Positions 11,374-21,228 of a stretch of 64,000 nt of DNA are shown piece after piece. Numbering within the stretch: the first letter of the stretch is position 1; every line of letters begins with the position of its first letter. The stretch is from an uncultured bacterium. GTDB lineage: Bacteria; Acidobacteriota; Aminicenantia; Aminicenantales; Saccharicenantaceae. The translations under genes and the position numbers were made by a program. The notes under the pieces are model-generated. The model had not been told where the DNA came from. It made no database searches and worked only from the letters and a program-made list of their open reading frames with translations. Location: contig CAVUQU010000002.1 in NCBI GenBank assembly GCA_963743755.1, positions 101,867-165,866 on the forward strand, read 5' to 3'.

Positions 11374-12753
11374 CTCCGGGCTCCCTTCTTCCGCAGGCCC
11401 GCGTCGAGGCGCCGGACCTCCCGCTTGAAGGTCCGGCCGCGCTCCTCGAAATCCCGGAACATGTCCCAGCTCGTGCAGGCCGGGGCCAGCAGGACGACGT
11501 CGCCGCGCACGGCGCCGGGCGAAGGCCGTCCGGACCACCTCGCGGTAGTCCGAGACCCGGTCGACGGGCACGACGCCGCCGAGCGCGGCCTCGATCTTAT
11601 CGGCCGCTTCGCCGACCAGGACGACCGATCGGACTCTCTTCCCGACGTCCTTGCGGAGAGGGGAGAAGTCCGCCGCCCTTGCCGCGCCCTCCGAGGATGA
11701 GGACGACGGGACGGTCGAAGCTGGCCAGGGCCTTGAGCGTCGCGGCGACGGTCGTCGCCTTGGAATCGTTGACGAAGCGGACGCCGCCCACGCGCCCGGC
11801 GTCCTCGAGCCTGTGCTCGAGCCCGCGGAACGAGAGGATCGAACGGCGGAGGGACGGGGCCGGGACGCCCAGGAGCCGGCCGACGAGGGCCGCGGCCAGG
11901 ACGTTCTCCAGATTGTGGGCGCCGGGGAGGGGGAGTCGCGAGACCGGCACGATCCGCTCCGTCCGGTCGCCGCGGACGACGACCCAGCCGTCCTCGACAA
12001 AGGCGCCGCGGGCGAGGCGCCGCTTCCGGCTGAAACCGCCGGACGGCGGAAGCGGCCTCCGCGGCCAGGCCCCAGACGAGGCGGTCGTCGCGGTTGAGGA
12101 CGGCCGCGTCGCCGGGGCCCTGCCGGAGGACGAGCTTCTTCTTGGCCCCGAAGTAGTCCTCGAAGGTGCCGTGCCAGTCGATGTGGTTCTCGGAGACGTT
12201 GAGGAGGACGGCGACGGCCGGCGTGAAGCGCTCGGTGATAGGCGAGCTGGAAGCTCGAGATCTCGGTGACGTAGACGTGGTCGTCGCGGCTCCTGTCGAC
12301 GAACGACGATGAGCGGCGTCCCGATGTTGCCGGCGAGACGGGCCTTGAGCCCCGCCTCCTTGAGCATCCTGTGAGACGAGGGTCGCCGTCGTCGACTTGC
12401 CGTTCGAGCCGGTGATGCCGACGATCCGGCCGCGGAGGAAGAGGAAGGCCAGCTCGATCTCCGGGACGACGGGCACGCCCTTGCGCGCGGGCGGCCTTGA
12501 TCTCGGCGAGGCGGCGGGACGCCGGGGCTGGGGACGATGAGGTCGGCTTCGAGGAAGGACTCCGGCCGGTGGCCGCCCAGCTCGAAGACGACGCCCGCGC
12601 TCGGCCAGGGGCCGGACCGTGTCACCGAAGGCCTCGGCCGGCTTCCTGTCGGTGACCCGGACGCGGGCCCCGCGGTCGAGGAGGAACGCGGCAGACGGCC
12701 CGGCCCGTTCGCTCGAAGCCGACGACGAGGACGTTCTTGTCCCGCAGTTCCAT
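11370..12753 (-). CDS. murD: UDP-N-acetylmuramoylalanine--D-glutamate ligase MurD (frameshifted)
   Basis: N-term [22 protein letters not shown] (inside ORF 12622..13626; ATG is rc of 12751-12753). Middle ...[18 protein letters not shown]...; C-term ...[31 protein letters not shown] (11370..12476). Its stop TGA overlaps the ftsW ATG. Confidence 0.85.
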
Positions 12754-12755
12754 GG

Positions 12756-13846
12756 CTATCTCAGTTTCAGGGTCGACAGGCTGAACAGGGCGAAGATGAT
12801 GCCCAGGATCCAGAACCGGACGACGACCTTCTCCTCGGGCCAGCCGGAGAGCTCGAAGTGGTGGTGGAGCGGGGCCATCTTGAAGACGCGCTTGCCGCCG
12901 CTCAGCTTGAAGTACGAGACCTGGATGAGGACGGAGAGCGCCTCCAGGATGAAGACGCCCGCCACCGTGAAGAGCAGGAATTCCTGCTTGATGAGCAGGG
13001 CGATGACGCCGAGCGTCCCGCCGATCGCAAGCGCTCCGACGTCGCCCATGAAGATCTGGGCCGGGTGGCAGTTGAACCAGAGGAAGCCGAGACAGGCCCC
13101 GGCGAGTGCGCCGGCGAAGACGGTCAGCTCGGCGGCGAGCGGCACCCGGACGATGCTGAGGTACTGGGACCAGAGGGCGTGGCCGGCGACGTAGGTCAGG
13201 GCGGTCAGGGCCGTGGCGCTGATCAGGGACAGCCCGATGGCCAGACCGTCCAGCCCGTCGGCCAGGTTGACGGCGTTGGAGGAGCCGACGAGGATGAAGG
13301 CGATCCAGGGCAGGTAGAGCCAGCCCAGATAGGGGACCCACTGCTTGAGGAAGGGGAAGCTCAGGCGGAGATCGAACTCGCCGCGCAACGCCCAGCCAGA
13401 TGAAGACGAGCCCGACCAGGGTGGCGAGCAGGACCTGGAGGACGATCTTCTGTCCGGGCCGGAGGCCGAGGGACCTCTTCCGGCGGAGCTTGAGGACGTC
13501 GTCGAGGAGGCCGACGAGTCCGAAGAGGACCATGGCGACGATGGCGACCCAGACGTAGATGTTCCCGAGATTCCCCCAGAGGAAGGTCGGGACGAGCGTG
13601 CAGAGGATGATCAGGAGGCCGCCCATGGACGGCGTGCCCTTCTTGGCGAAGTGGGACTGGGGGCCGTCCGCCCGGATCTCCTGGCCCGATCTGCTTCTTC
13701 CGGAGCAGCCGGATGAGCGCGGGGCCGAGCAGGAAGCTCAGAACGAGGGCGGTGATCCCGGCCAGGGCCGTGCGGACCGTGATGTAACGGAAGACGTTGA
13801 AGAAGAAGATCTGGTCGCGGAGCGGAACGAGGAGCCAGTACAGCAC
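12756..13846 (-). CDS. mraY: phospho-N-acetylmuramoyl-pentapeptide transferase MraY (frameshift near 13370-13390)
   Basis: GTG start (rc 13844-13846) with RBS GGAAAGGAG. N-term MLYWLLVPLRDQIFFFNVFRYITVRTALAGITALVLSFLLGPALIRLLRKKQIG; C-terminal part in 12756..13388 (...LSGGKRVFKMAPLHHHFELSGWPEEKVVVRFWILGIIFALFSLSTLKLR*). Confidence 0.85.
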
Positions 13847-13849
13847 GGT

Positions 13850-15234
13850 CTACTCCTTTCCTCGGGCCGTGAGGGTGGCGACGATCGCTTCCGTCTTCAT
13901 GCCCCGCGAGCCTTTGACCAGAACGAGGTCGCCGTCCCGGACGATGTCTGCGACGGCCGCGGCCGCGGCCCCGGAGTCGGGGAAGCGATGGACGGCGGCC
14001 GGATCCAGACCTGCCGCGACGGCGCCTTCGGCGATGAGGGCGGCGAGCGGGCCGACGGCGACGAGGACGTCCCAGCCGCCGCGGGCGACGGCGTCGCCCG
14101 CCGCGCGGTGGAACTCCGCGTTCGCCCGTCCCGAGCTCCAGCATGTCGGCCAGGACGGCGACTTTGCGCGCCGGCCGGCAGGGCGGCCAGGCTGCGGAGG
14201 GCCGCTTCGAGGGCCCGGGGATTCGAGTTGTAGGAATCGTCGTAGATGCGGACGCCGCCGGCGGGCCTCGACCAGGAGGCCGCGCCCGGCGGCCGGCCGA
14301 GCGACTCGGCGGCCGGCGCGATCTCGCCGAGCCGGAGGCCCAGGGCGTGGGCGACGGCCGCGGCGGCCAGGAGGTTCGCCACGGCGGCCTCGTTGACGAA
14401 GGGGAAACGGACGCGACCCCGTTCCTCTCCGCAGCGGAGGTCGATCTCGAAGCCGGCGAAGCCCTTCGGCGCGACGGCCTCGGCCCGGACGTCCGCCGCC
14501 CGGGTTCCGGCCGAAGGTCGACCTTGCGTCCGGCGAAGCCCGCGGCGATCCGGACGACGAGCGGGTCGTCGCCGTTGAGGACGGCCGTCGCGCCCGGACC
14601 GGCCCCGTCGAGGATCTCCTTCTTGGCCAGGGCGATCTCGTCGAGGCTCCGGAAGAACTGCAGGTGGACCGGGCTGACGTTGGTGATGACGGCCACGTCG
14701 GGCGGGGCGATCCGAGTGAGGGCCCGGATCTCGCCGGGCGCGCTCATGCCCATCTCCAGGACGGCCGCGTCGTGGTCCGGTCCGAGCCGCAGGAGGGACA
14801 GGGCCAGTCCGAGGTGGTTGTTGAAGTTGCCCTCGGACTTGAGGACCCGGAAGCGGGGGGCGAGCAGGGCGGCGGTGAAGTCCTTGGTCGTCGTCTTGCC
14901 GACGCTCCCGGTGATGCCGACGACCTTGACCGGCCGGCGGCGGAGGACCTCGCGGGCGAGGGCCTGGAGCGCGGCCACGGTGTCCGGGACCAGGACGAGA
15001 CCGAAGACCGGGCGGCGCGTCCGGGACCGGGCGGGAGACGACCGCGCCGGCCGCGCCCGCGGCGGCGGCGGCGACGACGAAGTCGTGCCCGTCGCGCTTT
15101 CCGGGGACGGCGAAGAAGAGCTCGCCGGCCGCGGCGAGCCGGGAGTCGATGCCGAAGCGGTCGAAGGCCAGGGCGGGGGAGCCCTGGAGGAGGTCCCCGC
15201 CGGTCGTCCGGGCGATGTCGTCGAGACTGAGCAC
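13850..15234 (-). CDS. murF: UDP-N-acetylmuramoyl-tripeptide--D-alanyl-D-alanine ligase MurF (several frameshifts)
   Basis: N-term (V)LSLDDIARTTGGDLLQGSPALAFDRFGIDSRLAAAGELFFAVPGKRDGHDFV; middle VKVVGITGSVGKTTTKDFTAALLAP...AVLEMGMSAPGEIRALTRIAPPDVAVITNVSPVHLQFF (13611..14978); C-terminal tail DLVLVKGSRGMKTEAIVATLTARGKE* by own translation, ending at TAG (rc 13850-13852). Confidence 0.8.
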
Positions 15235-15242
15235 GGCCACGG

Positions 15243-16710
15243 TCAGACCGCCTCTCTCGCGCGCAGTGATTTCCGCGGCGACCTCGACGTCGCTGAAGTG
15301 CACGGTCCGGTCCTTGAAGACCTGGTAGTCCTCGTGGCCCTTGCCGGCGATGATGACGATGTCGCCCTTGTTCGCCGTGGCCAGGGCCCGGACGATGGCC
15401 TTGCGGCGGTCCGGTTCGATCTCGTAGGTCTTGACGGCTTCCCTGACGAAACCGGCCTCGATGTCGGCGATGATCGCCCCGGGCTCCTCGGAGCGGGGAT
15501 TGTCCGAGGTCAGGACGGTCCAGTCGGCCAGCCGGGCCGCGACCCGGCCCATCCGCTCGCGCTTGTCCCGGTCCCGGTCGCCGCCGGCGCCGAAGACGAG
15601 AACGATCCGGCGGGGTTTGAACTCCCGGGCCGTCATGAGCACGTGCTCGAGGGCGTTGTCGGTGTGGGCGTAGTCGACGACGACCTGGATGCCGCGGTCG
15701 TTCGGGACGCGCTCGAAGCGCCCCGGCACGCCGGCCAGCGCGGCGACGCCCTTGACGATGTCCGCCGGCGCGACGTTGAGGGCCAGGGCGGCGGCCGCGG
15801 CGGCCAGCATGTTGTAGAGGTTGTGCCGGCCGACGAGCGTCGACTGGAGCCTCATCACGCCGCCGGGGTAGGCGACCTGGGCGTCGATGCCGGCCTCGGA
15901 CAGGACGAATTTGAGGGCCCGGACGATGGCCGCCGGCTCGAGCCCGAACGTGACCGTCGTCATGGGCAGCTCCGCGACGAGCCGCTGGCCCCAGGGATCG
16001 TCCATGTTGACGACGGCGGCGCGCTTCTTGTGGTTGAGGACGAACAGCTTCTTCTTGGCCTCGAAATAGTCCTCCATCGAGGGGTGATAGTCGAGGTGCT
16101 CGCCGCTGAGGTTGGTGAAGACGGCGACGTCGAACCCTACGCCCCAGACCCGTTTCTGTTCGAGGGCGTGGGAAGACACCTCCATGACGCAGTGGCTGAC
16201 GCCGGCCCCGAGCATCTCCCCGAGCAGGGCTTGCAGGTCGGGCGCTTCGGGCGTCGTCCGCGGCGCCGGGATCTTCCAGCCGGGCCGGCGGTACTCGATC
16301 GTGCCGATGACGCCGGGCGCGGTCCCGGCCGCCCGCAGGATCTCCTCGAGCAGGTAGGTGGTCGTCGTCTTGCCCTTGGTCCCGGTGACGCCGACGACCT
16401 TCATCCGGTCGGACGGGTGGCCGTGGAAGTTGGCCGCGGCCAGGGCCAGCGCCTCCCGGGCGTCGGCGACCTGGATCCAGGCCGCCCGGCCCGCGGGGGG
16501 CTTGGGCCACGCGGACAGCACGGCCGCGGCGCCGTTCGCCTCGGCCTCGGCGACGAAGTCCATGCCGTTCTGGGCCGCGCCGCGCAGGGCCGCGAAGAGG
16601 AAGCCGGGCCGGACCGCCTTGGAGTTGTAGGCGATGCCGGAGATCTCCAGGTCCCCCGCCGCGCCGCCCGACAGGACCGGGATGCCGAGGAAGACGTCGG
16701 CGAGCTTCAA
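15243..16710 (-). CDS. murE: UDP-N-acetylmuramoyl-L-alanyl-D-glutamate--2,6-diaminopimelate ligase MurE (apparently intact)
   Basis: Continuous ~489-aa reading from ATG 16710: MKLADVFLGIPVLSGG...KVVGVTGTKGKTTTTYLL...SSHALEQKRVWGVGFDVAVFTNLSGEHLDYH...DYAHTDNALEHVL...AGKGHEDYQ.... Ends by own reading ...ITARE..* near 15243. The start overlaps the ftsI stop (ATGA). Confidence 0.9.
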
Positions 16711-18452
16711 CGCGTCCTGCCTTTTCCCATCTCCGCGGTCAGGACGCCGGAGGGCAGGGGCCGTTCCGGCGGGACGCGGAGATAGCGGAGGACCTGGCGG
16801 GCGATGTCCCGGAACACGGGTGCGCAGGCCTGCCCGCCGTAGTAGTATTCCTTGGGCGAGTCGAGGACGATGATCATGCTGAGCCGCGGATTGTCGACCG
16901 GCGTGAAGCCGACGAAGGTCGCGGTGTAGTTCTTCGTGTAACCGCCGACGCCCGGGTCGTACTTCTTCGCGGTCCCGGTCTTCCCGGCGATGCGGAAGCC
17001 GTCGAGCCGGCCTTGCTTAGCCGTGCCCTCCTCGACGACGGCCTCGAAGACGCGGCCGACGAGGTCGGCGGCGGTCTTGGCGCTGATCGCCCGAACGGGA
17101 ACCTTGCCGCCCGCGGCTGCTGCGTCCGTCACGCCGTCCTTCACGATCCGGGGCGTGACCAGCAGCCCGCCCGTGGCGAAGACGTTCATCGCCCGGAGCA
17201 TCTGGAGCGGCGAGACCATGACCTCGTAGCCGATGGCCACATGGGGGAGCGAGTTCTTCCGGTTCCACTGGTCGGGCGGATAGAGCCGGCCGGAGACCTC
17301 GCCCGGAAGCTCGATCCCGGTCTTCGTCCCGATGCCGAAGGCCTTGATCGTCTCGTGGTATTCGGGGATGGTCAGCCGTTGGGCGAAGAGGACCGTCCCG
17401 ACGTTCGAGGACTTGATGAGGACCTGGGGGAAGCTCAGAACGTGCTCCCGGTCGTGATCGGTGATGGTCGTCCCGCCGACCCGGATGAATCCGGCGCTGC
17501 AGTCGAAGACTTCGGAGAAGCCGACCCGGTTCCGTTCCCGGGCCGCGGCCGCGGTGATGATCTTGAACGTCGAACCGGGCTCGTAGGAGACGGCGACCGG
17601 ACGGTTCATCCAGGCTTTCTCCGGACCGGGATAGTCGTTGAGGTCGTAGGTGGGCGAACTGGCCATGGCCAGGACCTCGCCGGATCCCGGGTCCATGATG
17701 ACGACGGCGCCCCAGGCCGCCTTGTGCTCGACCACGGCCCGGTCCAGCTCCTTCTCGGCGATGTACTGGATCGTCGTATCGAGCGTCAGGACGATGTCCC
17801 GGCCGGGCACGGGCGGCTGGAGGATCTGGGTCTGGTAGTCCCGACCGCCGTTGACCTGGTAGCTCAGCCGGCGCCCCTTCTTTCCCGCCAGCGGCTTGGC
17901 GAAGAGGTATTCGATGCCCCGGCTGGATTCGCCGGTCAGATTGATGCCGCCGATGACGTGGGCGGCCAGGGAGTCCATCGGATAATAGCGCCGCGTCCCC
18001 GGCTCGAGTGCGACGCCGGCGAGCTTCAGGGCCATGACCCCGGCCGCGGCCTCCTCGGTGACCTTGTTCTTCACGTAGGTGTACGCCGAACCTGAGGTGA
18101 GGCGGCCCAGGATGCGGGCGACATCATTCTCCGGGAGCCCGAGCTCCTTCTGGAGAGTACGGACCTTGCGCCGCGTCGCCTCCGGCGTCTCCTCGACGAC
18201 GGGCCGGATGATGACGGAAGGGGAGGGCAGGGAGCAGGCCAGGATCTCGCCGTTGCGGTCGAGGATGTTACCGCGCCGCGGTTCGATCGCCGTCTCGTCG
18301 AGGGCCTGGCGGAGAACGGCGGCCTTGGCCCGGGCGTGACCGACGACCTGGACCTGGACGAGGCGCAGGGCGACGACCGCGGCCCATGCGGCCAGGATCG
18401 CCGTCAGGACCTTGGTCCGCTTCCGGATGTCGTTCTCGTAGAATGTACGCAT
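16707..18452 (-). CDS. ftsI: peptidoglycan D,D-transpeptidase FtsI (PBP3), intact 581 aa
   Basis: N-terminal TM helix, PBP dimerisation domain, transpeptidase motifs STFK (EPGSTFKIITAAAA), SSN (KSSNVG) and KTG (AGKTGTAKK) all in one frame. Confidence 0.9.
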   Translation of the reverse strand: MRTFYENDIRKRTKVLTAILAAWAAVVALRLVQVQVVGHARAKAAVLRQALDETAIEPRRGNILDRNGEILACSLPSPSVIIRPVVEETPEATRRKVRTLQKELGLPENDVARILGRLTSGSAYTYVKNKVTEEAAAGVMALKLAGVALEPGTRRYYPMDSLAAHVIGGINLTGESSRGIEYLFAKPLAGKKGRRLSYQVNGGRDYQTQILQPPVPGRDIVLTLDTTIQYIAEKELDRAVVEHKAAWGAVVIMDPGSGEVLAMASSPTYDLNDYPGPEKAWMNRPVAVSYEPGSTFKIITAAAARERNRVGFSEVFDCSAGFIRVGGTTITDHDREHVLSFPQVLIKSSNVGTVLFAQRLTIPEYHETIKAFGIGTKTGIELPGEVSGRLYPPDQWNRKNSLPHVAIGYEVMVSPLQMLRAMNVFATGGLLVTPRIVKDGVTDAAAAGGKVPVRAISAKTAADLVGRVFEAVVEEGTAKQGRLDGFRIAGKTGTAKKYDPGVGGYTKNYTATFVGFTPVDNPRLSMIIVLDSPKEYYYGGQACAPVFRDIARQVLRYLRVPPERPLPSGVLTAEMGKGRTR

Positions 18453-18461
18453 GGCCGGGTC

Positions 18462-18759
18462 CTCAGCGGGACGTGTCCCTTTTCGTAGACGATCTCTTCG
18501 TCCTTGGGATCGACGAGGCCGAGCTTCTCCCGGGCGATCGATTCGACCCGGCGGGGATCGAGGAGATCGGCCTTGCGCAGCTTCAGCCCTTCGATATCGA
18601 TCTCGAGCTCGCGGATCCTGGCCTCGCTCCGGCCGAGGTCGAGACCGAGCTGGACCGATTCGGTCTGGTACCAGACGTAGAAGGTCAGGAGGACGACCCC
18701 CGCGAGGACGAAGGTCGCGACGACGGCGATGCCCTTCAGGTCGACCTTGCGCCGGACCA

Positions 18760-18760
<1 letters not shown>
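18462..18760 (-). CDS. ftsL: cell division protein FtsL (small bitopic, coiled-coil)
   Basis: MVRRKVDLKGIAVVATFVLAGVVLLTFYVWYQTESVQLGLDLGRSEARIRELEIDIEGLKLRKADLLDPRRVESIAREKLGLVDPKDEEIVYEKG.... It sits between rsmH and ftsI as in canonical dcw clusters. Its ATG overlaps the rsmH stop (ATGA). The C-terminal end is uncertain (a frame change is needed to reach TGA about 18462). Confidence 0.6.
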
Positions 18761-19653
<893 letters not shown>

Positions 19654-19657
<4 letters not shown>

Positions 19658-20121
19658 TCCGGCTTTCCTCGAGGGATGAGGCGGGCGATGCTCTCGAAAT
19701 CCTCGTCCGAGAGCGGTTTCTCCTCGAGGGTTCCGTCGAGAACGTCCTTGTTCCAGATCTCCAGGTGATTGGACAGACCCAGGACTTCGACCTCGTCGCG
19801 CAGCCGGGCTTTTTCCCGCAGGGCCTGGCTGATCAGAACGCGACCCTTGGAGTCGAGCTCGTGCCGCGAACCGTTCCGGTTGACGCGGAGCATGAACTTG
19901 CGGACATCGGGCCGGAGATGGAGGGCGCCGTCGGACGTGAGGTCGGTCATGGCCAGCCACACGGACAGCGGATAGATCTTGATCGAGTCGTCGGAGAGGG
20001 AGGTCACGAAGAGGTCCTTGCCGTAAACCTGTTCGATGACCTCGCGGAATTTTTCCGGGATCTTGATGCGGCCGCTGGCGTCGAGCCGCGCGGTGTAACT
20101 GCCTATCAGAACGTTGGCCAT
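19654..20121 (-). CDS. mraZ: division/cell wall cluster transcriptional regulator MraZ
   Basis: MANVLIGSYTARLDASGRIKIPEKFREVI...; tandem MraZ half-domains; first gene of the dcw cluster. The ATG at 20121 is chosen by its position relative to the promoter. The ORF track extends to 20157. Confidence 0.85.
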
Positions 20122-20156
20122 GATTATTTCGTCCCGCTTTGTCCCGTTTCTTCCCA

Positions 20157-20185
20157 AATATATGGGTTTCGATATCTGTTGTCAA
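20157..20185 (-). promoter_or_regulatory. sigma70-type promoter of the dcw cluster (Pmra): TTGACA-17 bp-TATATT, -10 about 30 nt upstream of mraZ ATG
   Basis: Minus-strand read: TTGACAacagatatcgaaacccaTATATTtgggaag...ATG. Both hexamers are at or near consensus; the spacer is 17 bp. Confidence 0.5.
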
Positions 20186-20286
20186 GCAAAATAAGCCCAA
20201 ATAAAGAGAGAAAGGAGGGGCCCTAACGATGGGCGGAGATCAGGGGCGGTACACCAGCGGTTGCGCGGGGACGGGCGGGGGCGGCC

Positions 20287-20553
20287 TCAGGCCGGGTTTT
20301 CAGACCCCTCTTCGCCGTCGGGCGAAGGCATCGCCGTGATGAGGTCGCGGGCCTTCGCGACGTTGGCCGCTTGGACGAAGATCTTGAATTCGGCCATGCC
20401 GTCGACGGTGAGCGGGTAGACGAAAGGCGCGGTCCGGCCGCGGACGATGGAGGCGATGCCGTGGCTCTCCAGAAAGTTCTTGATCAGGTCCGCTTCGAAC
20501 GGGCCCTGGACGCACGCGATCTCGACGAGGTCGGCGTTGTCGGTTTCCGGCAT
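20287..20553 (-). CDS. small DUF2007-like (putative signal-transducing) protein
   Basis: Intact 88-aa [42 protein letters not shown].... Family call is from memory and weak. Confidence 0.4.
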   Translation of the reverse strand: MPETDNADLVEIACVQGPFEADLIKNFLESHGIASIVRGRTAPFVYPLTVDGMAEFKIFVQAANVAKARDLITAMPSPDGEEGSENPA

Positions 20554-20981
20554 GGGGACCTTCCTTTCCAGTCGCGGAGATAATCGTCGAGGATGCGGCG
20601 ATGATCGAAAGCGAGCGGTCGGCTCCGGTCGCGGGGATCGGCCACGACGGCCGTCCGGGCGTCGTCGGCGCCCCGGGGAACGCCTTCGGCCCGGGCGACG
20701 AACACCGTCGAGATCGTATGCAGGCGCGGGTCCCGGTCCGGATCGGAGTAGGCCCGGAACTGGCCGACGAGCTCGACCGCAAGCGACGTCTCCTCGCGGG
20801 CTTCACGGACGGCGGCCGCTTCGAGCGTCTCGCCGTAGTCGACGAAACCGCCGGGCAGCGCCCAGCCGGGGGGCGGGTTCTTCCGCTCGATGAGGACGAT
20901 GCCGCGCTTCTTCCCGGCGATCCCGATCTCGATGATGATGTCGACGGTCGGGACGGGATTGCGGCAGCGGGAGCGGGCCAT
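20484..20981 (-). CDS. NUDIX hydrolase
   Basis: NUDIX box [24 protein letters not shown] within ...[25 protein letters not shown].... Start taken at the internal Met (MARSRCRN...), which lies downstream of a predicted -10. The 3' end overlaps the DUF2007 ORF by about 70 nt in another frame; this may be genuine or an indel artefact. Confidence 0.7.
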   Translation of the reverse strand: MARSRCRNPVPTVDIIIEIGIAGKKRGIVLIERKNPPPGWALPGGFVDYGETLEAAAVREAREETSLAVELVGQFRAYSDPDRDPRLHTISTVFVARAEGVPRGADDARTAVVADPRDRSRPLAFDHRRILDDYLRDWKGRSPCRKPTTPTSSRSRASRARSKRT

Positions 20982-21027
20982 GATGTTTCGTGTCTGCGGG
21001 GCCATTGTAGGGGTCGTCCGCGCGCCT

Positions 21028-21033
21028 TGTCAA
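21028..21033 (-). promoter_or_regulatory. -35 hexamer (TTGACA) of predicted NUDIX promoter; -10 TACAAT at 21004-21009, spacer 18
   Basis: Minus-strand read: TTGACAaggcgcgcggacgaccccTACAATgg. Confidence 0.4.
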
Positions 21034-21034
21034 C

Positions 21035-21097
21035 GCAAGAAAATGGGGACGTTTCTGGATTTCGCCGAGAATACCAGAAACGTCCCCATTTTCTTGC
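21035..21097. repeat. palindromic element copy 1: 24-bp perfect arms GCAAGAAAATGGGGACGTTTCTGG / CCAGAAACGTCCCCATTTTCTTGC, 15-nt loop ATTTCGCCGAGAATA
   Basis: Arms are exact reverse complements. Same core as the copies at about 56460 and 60820, but with a C->T change in the left arm matched by a G->A change in the right arm. Confidence 0.8.
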
Positions 21098-21169
21098 GAT
21101 TTGGGCGCGGCAGTCCTCTTTGGATGACACCCCGCGGCGCCGTACGTTCCGCCATAAGGGGAGGGCGTT

Positions 21170-21185
21170 TGGCACGAATAGTGCT
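21170..21185 (+). promoter_or_regulatory. candidate sigma54 (-24/-12) promoter TGGCACgaataGTGCT (GG-N10-GC) 45 nt upstream of the 21229 ATG
   Basis: tTGGCACgaatagTGCt matches TGGCAC-N5-TTGCW except at the first position of the -12 box. It lies about 105 bp downstream of the centre of palindrome copy 1. Confidence 0.3.
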
Positions 21186-21228
21186 ATTATTATTAAGGAA
21201 AGAAGATGTGTGAACCGAGGAGTCTGCC

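Noticed and set aside
20287-21005. Toxin-antitoxin or defence pair (small protein + NUDIX)
   Set aside because: Neither protein shows toxin, antitoxin or nuclease motifs. NUDIX with a DUF2007-like neighbour is better explained as housekeeping, and the overlap is likely an indel artefact.
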